A stretch of 32,000 nucleotides of DNA from Enterobacteriaceae endosymbiont of Donacia provostii (GTDB lineage: Bacteria; Pseudomonadota; Gammaproteobacteria; Enterobacterales; Enterobacteriaceae): contig NZ_CP046206.1 in assembly GCF_012570145.1 (NCBI RefSeq), positions 421,918-453,917 on the forward strand, written 5' to 3'. Both the position numbers and the translations under genes were made by a program. Below the pieces are notes generated by a model. It saw only the letters and a program-made list of their open reading frames with translations, was not told the origin of the DNA and searched no databases. Below are positions 30,199-32,000 of the stretch, piece by piece; position 1 is the first letter of the stretch; every line of letters begins with the position of its first letter.

Positions 30199-30516
30199 AT
30201 GTATGCTATTTTTGATAGTTGTGGAAAACAATATAAAGTTATACAGGGTCAAAATATAAAATTAGAAAAAATAACAGGAAAAATTGGAGATGAAATTGAA
30301 TTTCATAATATTTTATTAATTTATAATGAAAATAAATTAAATATAGGAAATCCTTTAGTACAAGGAGGAAAAATTATTGGTAAAATAATTTCTCATGGTA
30401 AAAACAAAAAAATTAAAATAATTAAATTTCGTAGAAGAAAACATTATCGTAAAACACAAGGTCATCGTCAATTATTTACTAATGTTAAAATTATTAAAAT
30501 TATATCTTTAATATAA
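30199..30516 (+). CDS. rplU: 50S ribosomal protein L21
   Basis: 105 aa. MYAIFDSCGKQYKV and FRRRKHYRKTQGHRQ. AAGGA lies upstream. Conserved rplU-rpmA-obgE order. Confidence 0.93.
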   Translation: MYAIFDSCGKQYKVIQGQNIKLEKITGKIGDEIEFHNILLIYNENKLNIGNPLVQGGKIIGKIISHGKNKKIKIIKFRRRKHYRKTQGHRQLFTNVKIIKIISLI

Positions 30517-30531
30517 AAGGAAAAAAATTAT

Positions 30532-30789
30532 ATGGCACATAAAAAAGCAGGAGGATCATCAAGAAATGGTAGGGATTCACATTCTAAAAGATTAGGAATA
30601 AAATGTTATGGAGGAGAAAAAGTTAAACCTGGTTATATATTAGTACGACAAAGAGGTACTAAATTTCATGCTGGGCAAAATGTAGGATGTGGTAGAGATC
30701 ATACTTTATTTTCTAAAATAAATGGTATTGTGAAATTTAATCATAAAGGAAAAAGAAAAAAAATGTATATTAATATAGTTAATATTTAA
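30532..30789 (+). CDS. rpmA: 50S ribosomal protein L27
   Basis: 85 aa. [39 protein letters not shown] lies upstream. Confidence 0.95.
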   Translation: MAHKKAGGSSRNGRDSHSKRLGIKCYGGEKVKPGYILVRQRGTKFHAGQNVGCGRDHTLFSKINGIVKFNHKGKRKKMYINIVNI

Positions 30790-30885
30790 TAATCATAAAG
30801 AATAAATTTTTTTATTAAAATTATATTTTTTATAAAAAAATATTAAGTTTTTATATAAGTAAATATATTTTTAAACGGGGTCATA

Positions 30886-31908
30886 ATGAAATTTTTTGAT
30901 TATGCAATTATATATGTTCAAGCTGGTAAAGGAGGAGATGGATGTATTAGTTTTCATCGTGCAAGATTTATTCCTAAGGGAGGTCCTGATGGAGGTAATG
31001 GTGGTAATGGGGGGAGTATATATATTACAGCAGATCATAATATTAATGATTTAAGAAATTTTTATTATAAAAATAATTATATAGCAAAAAATGGTTTTCC
31101 TGGCAAAAATAAACAACGTACTGGTAAAAATGGTAAAGATTTAATTTTAAAAGTACCATTAGGAACAAAAATTATTGATTTTAAAACAAATGTAATTTTA
31201 TCATGTTTAGATAAACATAATCAAAAATTTTTAATTGTAAAAGGAGGTAAAAATGGATTAGGTAATATTAATTTTAAATCTTCCATAAATAGAACTCCAT
31301 ATAAAAAAACTAAAGGTATTTTAGGTCAGAAAAAAAAAATTAAATTAGAATTAATTTTAAAAGTTAATATAGGTGTTTTAGGATTACCTAATACTGGTAA
31401 GTCAACATTAATTAATGTTCTTTCTTCTTCTAAAAATAAAATTAGTTATTATCCTTTTACAACTAAAAAACCTATTTTAAATATTATTCAAAATAAATTA
31501 AATAATTCTAATATTTCTATATTAGATGTACCTGGTATTTTTAAAGATTCCTTTTTGAATAAAGGATTAGGATTAAGTTTTATTAAACATTTTAAATATT
31601 GTAATTTAATTTTTTATATTATAGATATTTCATTAATTTATAAAAAAGATGATGTATTTAATATTATAGATACAATAAACAATGAAATTATTAAATATGA
31701 TAAAACTTTATTGTTTAAAGAACAATGGATTATTCTAAATAAAATAGATTTATTAAAAGATTTAAAATCTTTAACATTCTATATTAAAAAGAAAATAATA
31801 CAGTATAAATATATAACTAAATTTTATTTTGTATCATCTAAAAATAATATTAATATTAAAAAATTATATATGGATATTTTATATTATTTTTATAAATTAA
31901 AAAATTAA
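30886..31908 (+). CDS. obgE: GTPase ObgE/CgtA, lacking the C-terminal extension of the E. coli protein
   Basis: 340 aa versus 390 in E. coli. Gly-rich Obg fold (AGKGGDGCISFHRARFIPKGGPDGGNGGNGG), G1 GLPNTGKST, G3 DVPG, G4 NKID. Confidence 0.92.
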   Translation: MKFFDYAIIYVQAGKGGDGCISFHRARFIPKGGPDGGNGGNGGSIYITADHNINDLRNFYYKNNYIAKNGFPGKNKQRTGKNGKDLILKVPLGTKIIDFKTNVILSCLDKHNQKFLIVKGGKNGLGNINFKSSINRTPYKKTKGILGQKKKIKLELILKVNIGVLGLPNTGKSTLINVLSSSKNKISYYPFTTKKPILNIIQNKLNNSNISILDVPGIFKDSFLNKGLGLSFIKHFKYCNLIFYIIDISLIYKKDDVFNIIDTINNEIIKYDKTLLFKEQWIILNKIDLLKDLKSLTFYIKKKIIQYKYITKFYFVSSKNNINIKKLYMDILYYFYKLKN

Positions 31909-32000
31909 AAATATTATTTTTTAAAAATTTTATAAATTATTTAGATAGTTTTATTATTATTAAATAACTATATAAAATTAAATTTTATTTGGATTATAAA

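Noticed and set aside
1-32000. Search for a novel or accessory system: defence island, mobile element, CRISPR array, toxin-antitoxin pair, secretion or biosynthetic cluster, or orphan ORFs.
   Set aside because: Every ORF of meaningful length is a recognisable housekeeping orthologue of normal length. No spacer exceeds 409 bp. I saw no transposase, integrase or phage signatures, no direct-repeat arrays and no G+C-rich islands that would mark tRNA or rRNA genes. Claiming a new system would not be supported by the sequence.

Overview
This window is about 93% coding, roughly 18-22% G+C by hand count, and uses the standard code with AAGGA-type ribosome-binding sites. It looks like core chromosome of a strongly reduced, Enterobacterales-derived obligate (probably insect) endosymbiont; I cannot name the species from the sequence alone. 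I call 30 intact housekeeping CDSs (coordinates include stop codons): ptsI (5' end outside the window), crr, yebC, aspS, argS, mnmA, potABC, mutM, mnmE, yidC, rnpA, rpmH (missing from the ORF track, found by hand), dnaN, gyrB, rpoZ, ppa, eno, cydDC, infA, trxB, serS, argR, rplM, rpsI, murA, rplU, rpmA and obgE. Nearly all match their E. coli orthologues in length. I found no tRNA or rRNA genes, IS elements, integrases, phage genes, CRISPR arrays, toxin-antitoxin pairs, defence genes or orphan ORFs of unknown function. I therefore do not claim a novel system. The most consequential observation is that dnaA is absent from its conserved slot between rpmH and dnaN, where only 183 bp of spacer remains, and recF is absent between dnaN and gyrB. 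Secondary points: potABC has no adjacent potD. An argR is retained and, from recall of the E. coli protein, highly conserved. cydDC is retained inside a small local inversion. Many poly(A)/poly(T) tracts of 10 nt or more sit in frame inside CDSs. gyrB must start at TTG, and the tracked mutM start needs correcting. A few structured intergenic elements are also present. Most gene junctions look like E. coli neighbourhoods with the intervening genes deleted.
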